A stretch of 64,000 bases of DNA, from NCBI RefSeq assembly GCF_009914755.1, contig NC_060937.1; one strand, written 5' to 3'. This document shows, one piece after another, positions 1-14,552 of the stretch. Source of the stretch: the human T2T-CHM13v2.0 reference genome, Homo sapiens. The notes beneath the pieces are model-generated. The model made no database searches and had not been told where the DNA came from. It was given only the letters and a program-made list of their open reading frames with translations. A program made the translations under genes and the position numbers. Position 1 is the stretch's first letter, and every line of letters starts with the position of its first letter.

Positions 1-172
1 TAAAGCTGTTTAGTGAAATCCTTAATGGCTTTTCAGGTGTTTATATTTTAGCATTGCATTGAGATTTCTGTTTCTTTGCACTACATTACTGAAAATAAGT
101 ATTAAAATTTATTGGTTTTATTATTCGTAAATTCAGCAAGTTCCTTTTGTGAATTGAGGTTTAAGAATAGGA

Positions 173-522
<350 letters not shown>

Positions 523-525
523 TTA

Positions 526-838
<313 letters not shown>

Positions 839-924
839 GAAAACCTTGTTGCTTCACTTCTTGTACCCATTTCAAATCCAACCCGGTTCCATTGGCAGAC
901 ATTTCCTTAATGTTAGCTTTACTA

Positions 925-1235
925 ACTCATTTACGCATTCATTGACTCAATAAACATGTTTGAGAACCTAATAACCAATTGTTACTGTCTTTGATAATGG
1001 GAATGCAAAACTCAGGATCCTCCACTTCAAAGTGCCTGGAGTCTGAAATCTCGTGCTTCCTGCAAACAAATAATCACAGATTGATGGCTCATGTCCTAAA
1101 ATGGTGATGCTTGGATATGTGCTACTGGTCCTTCCTGAAGAGAACTTGAGAAGTTTTCAAAGAGAAAACAATATTTAGGACCAATATATGTGCTTGACTA
1201 GGAGAGGTGAGAAGAGAGACTATTTCAGAGAATGG
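925..1235 (-). mobile_element. L2 3' fragment (degenerate)
   Basis: CATTCATTGACTCAATAAACATGTTTGAGAACCTA resembles the reverse complement of the L2 3' end. Confidence 0.45.
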
Positions 1236-2596
1236 GACCACCATGTTAATTACTCTTCATAGTTCCCAGAGTTACTCTCTTCTTGCATTAGCTATGCTGA
1301 GCTTCCTGCAGTTGTTGATGTTAGTTAATTTTATGCAGTCTGTGTTGGTGAGCCATGAGGAAGGACAAGGAGAAGTACAGAAAGGAGACTGTTGCTCCTT
1401 CTATAGTCTTGAATACTCCAGTGCCCATTTGATTTTGGCAGGTATTTGAACACTGGCTCATTTAACCTGTTTCTGTCATCTCTAGGAGGCATGTGCTTCT
1501 TTATAGCTTGGGGGTAACTGGGAGGACATCTTAACAGTTCCTACTTCTCCAGCCTACAAATGGAGCCTTTGGGAGAGAAACATCCCAAGACATGCCTTGA
1601 CTAGTGGACGGTCTTCTTTGTCCAGCTGGGATCCAACACCAACTGGGTTCCCTTGATGTCTATAAATGGTGGACCTCCTTGGAGCAACACGTGAAGAGCC
1701 CCGATGGATTATTTGGCATAATGACGAGAAATTACTAGTGTAAGGAACAAGATTGTATTCACAATTTTAATACCCCTACAAAGCTTCTTCTTAAGGACTT
1801 GGTTTAGTTATACAATAATAAAATATAATTTATTCAAACTTCTGAAAAGATCACAATTGGGTCACTGTATATTTTTCTCTGTTTTAATACACAAAGTGTT
1901 AATCAAAGCTTTATGAGGGCCTCTGTTTATGAGCAAGGATGGGATGTGGGAATGCTGTGAGGATACTTTTTTTCTGGCTAGTGAGATGTTACTATTTTAA
2001 ACATTAAATCTTAAAACGTGTGGGATCTGGTGTGTTTCCTGCCTGAGACAATGCTTATTAATTGCCCTCTGTCATTTTGATGGTAAAAGTCTTTAATTTG
2101 CACTGGTAAATGATGAAATGGCATATGGTCCATCTATTTCTGGAATACCATCCATGCATTCTGGTTACCCTCTAGTCCTAACATCCTTCTCCAAAGGATT
2201 TCCACATGTAGTGGAATACATGTTTTAACCTGGAGTATGTTTTAAGAATAGCACTTTGTATTCAGTGGACAGTATGCAGCAATGTCATTTAAATAATGAA
2301 ATGTTGGCATTGTTTGGGTATAGTGTAAGTTTCTAAAATAACAATTTGATATTTATAGGGCTGAATGTCAGAGGGGAGTTGTGATTTCCTTCACAGGATC
2401 AGAGAGATCTTTAGCAAACCAGGAAACATACATGATTGAATGGAATTTCTGAAGTCAAACTTGTCTGCCATTAGAATCCACTTTTCAGTGTAGGTAGAAC
2501 ACCTGTAGCAGAAGTTTAAAGAAGAAATGTATTTGTGTGAGACTCAATCCTATCTCTTCTAGTGGAGTCAAGGCATAGCATTTGGTGAGGAGAAGG

Positions 2597-2650
2597 CAGA
2601 GTACCGTAATGGAAAAAAGTTAGGCTTTGCCATCCCATAAATTTTGATTC
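2597..2650 (+). mobile_element. MIR 5' part, split by an LTR
   Basis: GTAATGGAAAAAAGTTAGGCTTTG resembles the MIR tRNA-derived head. The element continues at 3062. Confidence 0.5.
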
Positions 2651-3061
2651 ACTTAAAGAAAAATCCCTGAGCAGACAAAGCCAGCTGGGCCTCCTAAGTA
2701 GCAGTCACCTCACTTCTACTTAGGAGATTTGCAAACATAAGCAAAACTTGAGCTAATTCTTATAAATGCCTATATAAAAGAAAAACAGAACATAAGCTAA
2801 ACGAATCACAAACAGCCAACAAACTTATAATTATATAACTAGGGACTCTCCAGTGGGATAGACCAAAGAAGGCAACTGTATAACCATAGACTGTTAAATA
2901 AGTTCTTTGTATGACTTCCACATTCTGTCTATAAAAGCCTGTTTCTTACACTACTTCAATGGAGCCCCAGAACCACTTTTGGTTTGGAGCTACCTGATTC
3001 ATGAATTGTTTGTGCACATAAACTTTAAAATTTTACTGTCCCTCAGTTTACCTTTTCAACA
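2651..3061 (+). mobile_element. ERV1-class solo LTR (MER4-group; MER34-like 3' end)
   Basis: About 410 bp with TATAAAA near 2929, an ATAAAC polyA-like motif and a CCTCAGTTTACCTTTTCAACA terminus. The 4-bp flanks ATTC/GTTC fit an ERV1 TSD. Confidence 0.7.
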
Positions 3062-3255
3062 GTTCAAATTCTGGTCACACCACTTACTACCTTATGAATT
3101 CAGGCCACTTACTCAGTTTACTCGGACTTTGGTTTCCTTAAGAATACCTATCTCATGATTGTTGGGAAAATAAGTAAGTTAATACACATGAAATCTTTAG
3201 GACAGTAGCTGACAAAATGAGTGCTAGTTAAATCATTACTATTACTATTATTAGT
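3062..3255 (+). mobile_element. MIR 3' part
   Basis: GTTCAAATTCTGG...CCACTTACTA core, AATACCTATCTCATGATTGTT and a TATTA-repeat tail. Confidence 0.7.
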
Positions 3256-3653
3256 GGTAATATCTTTAAAAATAAATTCTCACAGGTTTTTGAGATTATC
3301 AAATGCGAATAACCCAACCCATGCCAAAGCTTTCAGCATAAACCCCAGGTGATAGAAGACTTGGGTTGAAGAAGAGTGTGGGTCAAGTTTTCAATGAATC
3401 AGAGGAAGCTTGAGGTTAGTAGATGATACAACAGGTAGGAGCAGAGGGTTCTTAAATAAAATGGATGAATTACATACAATTTTTTTAAATACTTAGATAA
3501 TTTAATAATGGATTCACAATACAAAGTGGGGAAAATTCCGGCCTCATTTTCTCATCCTAGGGTTCAATTAGGGTGAGAAAAGAACATTTGAGTAGGCAGC
3601 AAGGCAGCGTCCATAGAGTTTCAATAAAGGCAAAAGATGGATTTTGCTTATAG

Positions 3654-3972
<319 letters not shown>

Positions 3973-4400
3973 GTAGAGACTATTTAATATCATTGAAAGA
4001 CATTCTAAAACGTGTAGTGCAAGGGGAGGTGTTTGTTGGGATTTTGCAGGAAAGAAGAAACACTGCCATCAGTGAAACTCTATCCTAGGGCTTACATTTC
4101 CATGTGACCAAGGCTGTGAGGCATAGTCAGTGCAGCCAGCGCGAGGTTTTCAAAGAATTGCTGCTGGCTTGTCTGCTGGTAGATGGCAGTTGCTAGCCTT
4201 GTCTTTAGGCACTCTCCTGGCTTTCCAAAGGCCCTGCTCACAGTTCTGGAAAATCTCTAGAATCTTCCACATTTACCTCTGTCTTAACTTCCTCTTGGTT
4301 TTCCCCACTTTGATTCAAAGAGTCTGTGGCTCCATATGTAGACTTCTACCTGGATTTGAGTTCTCCATAGTTTTCACTATGTTTTGGAGAACATAGGAAC

Positions 4401-4688
4401 TGTTATTGAGAAATTATTCTGACACATGTTAATGACACAAAGACAGATTTCATTCGAGGTACTGCAGAACGGAAGAGGGACTACTTCACTATGGATCTGA
4501 GTTCAATTCCAAATACAACAGAGACAGGTGAGGATTTACAGCTAATGGGCAGAGTGAGAGTCAGTGGATAGAGAATTACTAAGAGGATCTTGATTAGATA
4601 TTTAGGGTTGGGGGATGAGGAGCTTGATGCTATGTTGAGAGTGGGTGGGGGATTCTGATTAAAATTGGCTGAAGAGGGAGTCTTTGTC
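4401..4688 (-). mobile_element. ERV1 solo LTR, MER31-like, internally deleted
   Basis: Starts TGTTATTGAGAAATTATTCTGACAC, contains GTCAGTGGATAGAGAATTACTAAGAGGA and ends GGGAGTCTTTGTC, matching both ends of reverse MER31 as I recall it. Confidence 0.7.
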
Positions 4689-4902
4689 TCTACAAGTATG
4701 TTTGGCTTTCTCTGTTTTGGCATCTTACCTTTGTGCTGGCAGAGAACCTCCTGCCCCACCTCTTTATTCTATCCTCCAGCCTTCATTCCTCAACTTCAGA
4801 TTCTTGAAATCCACAACAGGATCATTCTCTACTTTCTGTTTGAAGTCATGCAGCTGGAGCAGGTGATGGTATCAGGATTCAGCTAATTTACATTTGAGTT
4901 CC

Positions 4903-5142
4903 AGCAGGAGCTCTTAACACGGCCTGCCCATCAGACACACCTGGGGTCGTTTAAAACAAGCAACCAACAAGTATAAAACAAGAGTCCTCTCTATCTGGCC
5001 TCACCTCAGGTCAATTTTATCTGTACCTCTGGGGTTGAACCCAGGCAGTCGTTTTTTTTGTGTGTGTGTTTTTGTTTTGTTTTGTTTTGTTTGTAAAACT
5101 TCTCTAGTGATTATGATGAGCAGCCTGCTTTGAGGAGCAAAG
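4903..5142. mobile_element. MER5-type hAT-Charlie MITE with internal (TG)/(TTTTG) tract
   Basis: CATCAGACACACCTGGGG, CTCTGGGGTTGAACCCAGGCA and AGTGATTATGATGAGCAGCC are MER5A-like blocks. Confidence 0.6.
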
Positions 5143-5590
5143 ACACATAAGACCCCTTGCTCAGCACCTGATGGGTATCTCAGTTTGCTGTCGTACTGGG
5201 ACCACAAGCAGTAAATAGGAGAACAGGATTGGTGATTATTGTGAGGCAGGTGCTATTTTTCTCAGAACAGTTAAGAGATTTACAGAAGATGATAGAATTA
5301 GTGAGGGAGCTGAGAGCCATCTGTTTCTGATATCCAAATCGATGCCAACTCTATCCATGAAAGAGCCACAGAGATACTACTGATACTACTGAAGGTAGGA
5401 AGCATTAAGTCTCTTATTTTTTGAATATTGTTCCATCCTAAATGTTTATTCTTTGTTACAGCTTTCACTTCCTTTCTTCTAGATATGTTGTCTTGCATTA
5501 GGGCCCACAGATGTATTATGAATGGCTTAAAAACTTTATTCTTCCAACTTTTCAGATTGCATTTTGTACAGAAAAGCGATACAGATTTGA

Positions 5591-5700
5591 TTTTAGTTTC
5601 CTATTTCCTAAATGACTTTATCAAGCAATCTGCTTTCCAGATTTGCTTTTATTTTTCTCCTGTTTTTCTACATGTGCTTATCAAGCAATCAACTTTTTGC
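5591..5700. repeat. Diverged ~60-bp tandem duplication
   Basis: TTATCAAGCAATC occurs twice 60 bp apart with similar flanking sequence. Confidence 0.6.
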
Positions 5701-7552
5701 CTCCCATATGCACTGAACTATATTAGAAAATAAAATATTAAAACCAAAGAGCAGAAAGTGCAGATTACCAAAAGATTAAGGTAGTTTTAAAATGTGCTTG
5801 TTTCCCATGTAAATGAATGGAGGGTTAGTATATTCAGTACAAATTATGTTTAGAATATTAATCCACAGAGTTTATAACATGCTGTGTATGACACATAAAG
5901 TAATTATGCAGTGGGGTACTGAACAGTCACATTCCAATGTATGTTATTGACATCTTTTTCTTGTTAAAAAGTGCAAAGTGGAAGCAGAATATCAAACAAA
6001 ATAGTTATTATTTTATGGTAAAAGATTGAAATGTAAAGACAAATGATAATGAAATAAGCATGTGATTAAAGCTAATGATGAGAGTAAACACTGTATCCAA
6101 AGGTTTTGCTATTTTGGTGAACTGGATATATTTTCTTAGTGATTTCTGATGATTATGTGTGAGAAAATTCTGTCTGTCAGCCAGCATATAAATAGAGCCA
6201 ACTTGTTTGATTCATTGTTTAGCTGGATCTTGAATACATTTAGAAAGCCCTTTTATTTGACTGATTTGATCAATCTGGTGATCTATTTTCCTAAAAAAAA
6301 AGATTTCAGAGGGGACAACAAAATATAATCACTAAATCTTAAAAGCAAAAGTAAACAAATTTAGTACTTTACCAGAGGAAAAAATGTTGCTAAATATCTC
6401 ATGTAACTGATTGATCTAGGATTTCACTTCAAATAAATCCTATATCCTAGATAGTCATATGAAATTATCTGATATTTCAAAACAACTTAATTCATTTAGG
6501 ATTTAAAGGAAGCTAAATTTATTGAATCATGGGAATAAAAGGAATCTCATCTAGACATTTAGTCTATTCAATTTTTTGAAGTTACAGATCAAAAATATAT
6601 GTTTAAGTAGCTATTCTTTGTAATTTTGTAGCGTGTGGTTCATATTACATTTTGACACAGAGCATATTTGTTTTTTCATTTTAAATACGCATGTCCCCTA
6701 GCAAACTCTCGGTTCCAATAGGGTAGGGAGCATGTTCTGTCTTTATAACCCTAGTTTTTATAATGGTGCTTAGAAGAGCAATAAATGAAGCTTAGAAGAT
6801 CAGTGGTGCTTAGAATCTGCTGAATAAATGATTTTTGAATTTTTATTTTTTTATTTCTTTTCTGTTTTAAAATATTGCCAGTGAAAGAGGTATCCTAGTT
6901 TCTATTGGTAACCAATTGTAGATTTTTTTCTTATATTTAATCGACTATTCATTCTGAATTGGAGAAAAAGAAAGATTTGACAGATACATATTTTTAACAA
7001 GATGTTGCATATATGGCAGTAGTACAATGTAATTTCTGGTATGGGTGAAATTATAGCCATATGTGTGCCTAATCAACTTAAATCCTGCCTGTGAAAAGTG
7101 AATCATGTACTCTTATTGTTATTTCACATGTATATATTAATATATCATTATCTGGCTCTTGAAGTTATTCAGATTTTATGATGAATCAAATGGGAAGAGG
7201 GATGAAATTTATCCTTGCTTAGTAATCTTAACCACATAGGAAGTTCAAGCAATGGTTATTTAGTGTGCAAGGGGAAAAGTTAAAAATACTCAAAATACTT
7301 TATAAAATAGTTATTATAATAATTCTAATTATAAACCACTCATACCTATGTATGGAAAGAGCATAAATAAAGTTAGATTGGCTCTTTCTATTAACACCAT
7401 CATATTAACTCAGTATGAGTTTACATATATGATTGAGGATAGTTTTAAAAAGCCACTATGTAAATGTCATATACGAGACATACTCTTTGATCAATTACTG
7501 AGAGTAATGAGGTGTATGATAAACTTTTATAATAATACTTATTTTTATGACA

Positions 7553-7772
7553 AAAGATCTTTTGAGATCTATTGTAAAACTATGGTGACTATGTTAATAA
7601 TATATTTATATTCTTGAAAAATGCCAAGAGAGTGAATGTAAAGTGTTCTCACCACAAAAATGATGACTGCAAGTTAAAGCATATGTTAATTAGCTAGATT
7701 TAGTCATTTTACAAACATATTGTACACTGTAAATATATACAGATTTATCTGCCAATTTACAAAAAGAAAATA
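7553..7772 (+). mobile_element. L1MA-type 3' UTR fragment
   Basis: GAGATCTATTGTAAAACTATGGTGACTATGTTAATAAT...TGTTCTCACCACAAAAA...ATGTTAATTAGCTAGATTTAGTCATT. Confidence 0.8.
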
Positions 7773-7790
7773 GGTCAATTGAAAAATGGT

Positions 7791-8141
<351 letters not shown>

Positions 8142-8251
8142 TTATAATTACATATCCTTAGTGACTGAGAAGTAACTGGTGCATAGCAAGTCCTCTGACA
8201 CTGGCTGAAATTGTTGAACCAAATTTAAATAATTGGATCTATAGTCATGTG

Positions 8252-8548
8252 TTATTTATTTATTTAGAGATTGAGTCTGGCTCTGTTGTCTAGGCTGGAG
8301 TGCAGTGGCATGATCTCAGCTCACTGGAACCTCTGGTTTCTGGGTTCAAGCAATTCTCCTGCCTCAGCCTCCTGAGTAGCTAGGATTGCTGGTGTGCACC
8401 ACCACAGCCAGCTAACTTTTGTATTTTTAGTAGAGACAGGGTTTTGCCATGTTGGTCAGGCTGGTCTCGAACTCCTGACTTCAAGTGATCTGCCCGCCTT
8501 GGCCTCCCAAAGTGCTGGGATTACAGGCGTAAGCCACTGCACTGGGCT
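8252..8548 (-). mobile_element. AluS (Sx/Sz-like)
   Basis: (TTTA)n tail and reverse dimer. Diverged TSD GTCATGTGTTATTT / GTCATGGGTAATTT. Confidence 0.93.
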
Positions 8549-9849
8549 GTCATGGGTAATTTAATTTCTGAAACTTTATTACACATAATAGGACTGCATT
8601 TATAATCTTAATTTTTTTATGGCTAAGAAAATATTAGGAAGAAAGCAAACTGCAACAATGTTTTATATGTATTTAGTTTATTTCAGTGGGAATACTGATC
8701 ATCATTGTAGGATCATAATTGAATAATTTATCCTCTTAAACATTCCTGTTTGAGAGAATGCTGGTTCATTCATTCAGTCAGTCATCCATTTTTTGATTTA
8801 ATGGGCACTTATTGAGTAGGTACTTTTTTAAGGAAACTACTATAGTGGAACAAAATACTGAACTGGAACAATGAACTGGAAAATACAACAGATCCAAATA
8901 TTTTCCTCCCGTCAAAGAGACCTTTATTTCTTTTTAGAAGACCATGCTGCCTAGGTATATTGGACACAAATAATTCTTGTTTACAATGTAAATGATATGC
9001 TTTTTGAAAAGAATTTAAAGGTTCTTGATATTACAAATTGTGACTTTTTAAGTAAAAAAGTCAATATTTTGGTAGGTAAGTCTTTATTTTTGTGATAAGA
9101 AATGACTTTAAAAACATTTATTTCACTATAATATTTGAAATATAAACATAGCGATAATTCATGATGTTGCTATTTTTTTGGTTAGCATGAATATACACAT
9201 TTATGCTTGTTCTCATTTTGGATGAGTGATTCTAATATTATATATTCTGTATTATTTTAAAAGCACTTTGTCAACTTAACACACAATGTATTTTTATATG
9301 TATTTTTCTAACTTAGTTATGCTTTTAGTTTAATAGCATGACATGTTTTAAACATATTTTAAACTATAATTGGTAGAGGCAGTTTAAAGTATATACACTT
9401 TAGTATAAACATAGTCATACAGCAAGTATATTAACTTGGGAAAAACATACAGAAACACAAGAAGCTATCATTATTTTCATGAAGCCATAATTTTGTTACT
9501 TTTTATTTTTATAAATATAGAAGAAAGAAAAGCCCTGAATGGTTTGGTGATCATGTGGGGATATAATGTACGTAGTAATGTTACACAGTGTAATAGTTAT
9601 TGTTTCTTGATGGTTCTTCTTTACTTAGACATAAATTCCAATGTAAATCAGTTTGCTTGGGACAGTTCTGGTTGATACTTGTTGTACCTTCTAAATTGTT
9701 AAGAGCATCTACTTGTATTGTAAAAAGTGACCTGCTTTGGATGATTAACTACGTGGTCACTGCCATCACAAAGCATTTTGTAAGAAGGGTTGTTTGTGAA
9801 TGAACTAGTTGTGAAAGTTGACAGCTCCTCCCTAGACTCCTAGGAAGCC

Positions 9850-9874
9850 TGACGTGACTGGTTACTATGGTAAC
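9850..9874. promoter_or_regulatory. Adjacent CRE/ATF-like site and RFX X-box
   Basis: TGACGTGA (9850-9857) lies 3 bp from GTTACTATGGTAAC (9861-9874), a near-perfect RFX palindrome. This is a motif match only. Confidence 0.55.
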
Positions 9875-12800
9875 AGAGTACTATGTGAATACACATTTCA
9901 CACAGTCTCATAGAATCGTACATGTCCAAATCTCCCATTCAGTCTTTCTTGTAAATGGTGATCTGGCTTCCACTTGATTACTCTCTGTGACCAAATAGAA
10001 ACTACAACCTCCCTCTGCTTCTCATCTGTATTTTTCAATGCTCAGGAAAGAGGGTGCAGCTGGAGAAACCGTATAAAAAACAATGCAGCTAATTGTTTCC
10101 AGTCAAGAAACTCCACCAGGCCTCATCTTCCTTCTTCCTGCTTCCTTCTACGTCAGTTCCCAAGAGCTTGGGGTTTTGACTTTTTTGTTGAAGCCTCTGC
10201 CAGGTCCATCTCCGTGGAGTGAGCAAAACCAGAATCACCCTCAGGAGGCACTTTGGAAACACAACATTCACATTTCTGTATTACCATGTCGAGTGGTTGT
10301 CATGAACTTGTAGTGATTGGATATTAAAGTAACTAGACTTTCTGCATTGCTCAGAGATGCCTTTAGTCCTTAAAGCCCTTCAAATATCCTTCAAACCAGT
10401 CCCATAAGGAAAATCCTGTATATAATTTTCCGGTTTTGGAAAGTTAGTCTACTATATATTAAAAATTATTTTCCCATGGTTTTATTATACCATAAACTTT
10501 TTGAAAATGCGACTACCATGTCCATGGAGAGAAGACGCTACTTTGTTGCATTCTATATTTTAGGAGCATTGTGCGCTGTTGTAACTAATCATAATATGAT
10601 GGCTACACTCGTTTTGGTATTTGAATAACTGATATGACACATTGCATCATATCTGTCTTCTCATCTTCCTCGCCTAAGCATTTACCTTCTAACTACTACT
10701 ATTTTATTATAAACAATTTTTACAAACTACGAAATCCTTTTACAGTTTATACTATAATGAGGACTTTTATCTGATGAAAAAATATTGAGTAGGTAGCTTA
10801 CGTTATCTAAGAATATCCTTTCTGATATAAAAATGAAGAGTTGGGTCTCAAAGGATTCACTGCCATTGTGTCATCACTGCCTGTGGAACCCAGAAATTGC
10901 ATTACCCATGGCCCTAAAGTCTAGACCTCCGGCATCAGAAAGGGTAGGGCAATGCCAGCTGGGACTCACTATGCTTATGGAGGAAATTTTGACACCTTTT
11001 CTATTTCTGGAAGGCTTTGGTTTTCAGATAATTTTTTTGCAAGGAATGAGATATGTTTACCTGTGTCTTAACATGCATTCATTTTACATTTCCCTGTGGG
11101 AGCACACAGAAGAAACTAACATTTCCTTTCATGTGATGACCCTTGAGCTATTTGAATATAGCTGGCATTCAGTTTCTTCTCCCAATCCCCCTGTGAATGT
11201 TTTGAAGGCCCTGGACTCATCTTCAGTCAGGGAGGGGAGACTCTTCTCTTTCAGACATAGGACATTATGCCTCTACTATTGCAAGCAAAGACACCACCCC
11301 TTATTTATTTCCTGGTTCCGGTAATCCCATAATAGTGTTGACTTATACTGCTTTTGAAATCAACCAAGCCCTACACAGTCTATTGTAATTACTGTAGTTG
11401 AACTATGCTTCCTTTAAATTTGGGATTAATTTTGTGATCCCTGGAACTTCATAGAAACCTAGAGACATAGATTCTTTGTAAACAAATAATGATATAAATA
11501 GAGAAAGATATCTCCTTGACCCCTATGCAGTGCCAGTTTTCTGTCCTGCACTATACTCTGGATTGGTAAAAAGGTAGTGGTGGAAGCAGTGACAGAATCC
11601 AAACCTGATGCAGACTCATACTTCAAGAATCATTAAAGTACGTGTTCTTCCAGCTTCTCGCCTGGATGTCGGTTAACTACTGAGGGTACAAAGGCAAGAT
11701 GGGTCTTTGGGGTAATCAGGCAGAAGCAATTTTAGCTCCTGATGGGAGGTAAAAAAGAAAGAAGCTAAAGAGAAAATGCACACCTTAACAGAATAACTCA
11801 AAAAAGTTATGGAGAGTTATGTGAGTAATAAACAACTCATTAGGAAAGTTACTTTGGCTTAGAAAGTACATAAGCAGCCTAATTATGTAGTCATTTCACA
11901 TCTATCTTATGTGAAATTGGCAGTACCAAACAAACAGCTTCTCTTTTTTTCTTTTCTTATTCCAGGCCTTTGGAAAATAGTCAGTTTTTTGTCTGATAAA
12001 TTATGTCTTTTGTTGAAATTGATTTGTGTTACTGCTTTTCATTTTTGAGCAGATTTTCTCATTATTCGTTTATATCAAAGTGTCAATAGATCCTGAGAAC
12101 AGGGTACACTTATGTCCTGTGTATATAGTGTGCATTAAAGGGCCTTATTCCCAAGTCAACTTTCTTCCACGTTGTGAGTGGCATATGTACACCTATTGCT
12201 TGCTATTTTGAGTTTTAAATTATTTAAGCAAGAAAGCCTGAAACTAATTAAACTCCAGTGGTTTATTTATTAATATTAATTTACAACCTGATGGCTTAAT
12301 CAGTATCCTGCTTTCTTTTTTTTCTTTAAAGACTTGGCATAATTTTACATAGCCTTGTGATTGCTTTGAAAAGGCTGTAGTGTTCTTCCATCATTAGATG
12401 ACAATTTTCTTTTCTAGTTTGAAAACTTAGTTTAAGTTCTCAAGTCAATATGCCTATAGTGAACCATTTATTGAAGGGGTGTTCATTGCGAATAGCATGG
12501 CCAATTAAATGAAGAATAATTGGTTTAGTTGAGCACCTTGCAATACTTCTCTGGTTTAGAATACTGCAGAAACTCAATGGTTCTTTCTCATGCTGTGTGT
12601 GATTTTGCTTTGTTTAAAACCTGATGTGCCTAAGTAGATTTACCTTACCAGTAGATGGTTTAATTTGATTTTAATGATATTCTATTTGGCTCTATAAACT
12701 GTACTGAAGCCAGCGCTGCCATGCTGTTAAAAATGTAATCTATTCTATAATGGCATTAGGTGATAATGAAAGCAGATATTAGAGACATAACCATTTTCAT

Positions 12801-13463
12801 ATTTAATAGAGAAGCAATGTGTTCTAGGTAATGAAGTTAAGACTTCACATGACATTGTCAGCACATGTTAACTCTATGTTTTGGAAGGCTGCTTTTTAGA
12901 CCTAAGTAAATATAATTCAAAATGCCCCTACACTTGTTTATCTATTAGATGCTCTTGTTTTGTTTTACACATCATAACTGCCAGGATCATTTATTTGGCA
13001 GAGCCTCAGAATAAAAACAACTCAAACCAACCAAACAAACAACAACTAAGAACTAATAAAATCTTTGAAGCTTGAAACTGTAGAAATGAGGTAAATTTTT
13101 TTTTCCTTGGATAACTACTTCCAATCTAATATTTGAATGGCAAACAACTAAGCAACATTTGTATGCTTTTCTTTTGAAGTAAGGTGGAAACATTTTTCAT
13201 CAGTTTTTCAACTGTTAGTTGGAATATTTGTGATCACTTTAAAGTGTGACAGTAATATGAAACTCCTGAGATGACCAGCAGCATAGCCTTTAGCCCATTT
13301 GTGTTCATTTTAAATATGCTTTTATTGAATAATTAATATGTCTAGACACTTTATTGTGAAAACTAGAAATTTTTCCTATCCACTCCGGTGTAACCCGTGT
13401 AAATAGTTTCCTGTGTATACCCTCTATACATTTTCTATCATATATAAGCATGCATGTAATAGA

Positions 13464-13634
13464 TTTTTTTTTTAAAGAGACAAGATCTTGATATGTTGCC
13501 CAGGCTGGAGTACAGTGGCTATTCACAAGTATGATCATAGTGCACTATAGCCTAGAATTTCTGGGCTCAAACAATCCTCCTGCCTCAGTCTCTCAAGTAG
13601 CTGGGACTACAGGTATCTACCATTGTGCCTGGCC
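13464..13634 (-). mobile_element. FAM (fossil Alu monomer) within old L1M sequence
   Basis: A ~170-bp monomer retaining the 7SL-derived GTGGCTATTCACA segment that dimeric Alus lack. Confidence 0.85.
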
Positions 13635-14513
13635 TAAAATTTTATCTTCTAAAAATTATAAAAATGAGGGAATTATACTATGTATACAGTTCTCCAACTG
13701 GCTATTTCGTAAACAATGTACTGTGCAACCTTTTCTGTATCAGGCACATATGTTTTCTAATGAATGCCTAGGATGACATTGTAGGTATGAACTTCATGCT
13801 TAACTTTAGTTTGTTCTTGGTTGTTTTCCAATTTTAAGTTTGAAGTTAGATGCAGTTACATGAAGCAAGTGAACTCTATTCTGGTTTTCCTGCCTCTAAG
13901 ATGCCTTTTGTCATTAGTTCTGCTATCTTCAGAGATAAACAAATACATTTTATAGGCAGACAGAATTGCATAAAAGAATTTTTTTTCCTCTTGGCTTATT
14001 TTTTTCTCAATAATTTCTTTTATCCCTGGAAATAATACAACGTAATGCATCAAATATATACTTGACACATGCTTTCAAACCAAGCCATTGTAGGTGAGAC
14101 TGACCTGGAAAACAGATACAGAATCAAAGTGATCACATCAGTTAAGCACAGCAATACACCCTCTTACAGTGAAAGACGTTCAGAGCAATTCATGAGTATG
14201 AAGGACAAAACACGGTTAGGTTAAGGATTAGGAACAGATGACCAGGTTGGGGAAATAAAGTTAATATCTTATACTCCCCACATGGTATTCTCATGTTTTT
14301 CACACTCCAACCGCCTATAAAATGGCAGCACATAATTTAGGCCATGAGTTCTGTCTTTGGTATGAGAATCGGACTGGGATTTAGGAGACCTTGGTTGCCT
14401 TGTTTAGCTACTATCAACAGCAAATAAAGTTGCATGAGCATAACTGCAGCAGAGAATGCAAGAGAATGGAGTTCAGGAAAAAATGAGGGCCTAATTAGAT
14501 AGAAAACAAGGAG

Positions 14514-14515
<2 letters not shown>

Positions 14516-14552
<37 letters not shown>

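Noticed and set aside
6763-6815. Three GCTTAGAA repeats with short spacers
   Set aside because: The unit is too short and irregular. This is local slippage in an L2-like end, not a CRISPR-like array.
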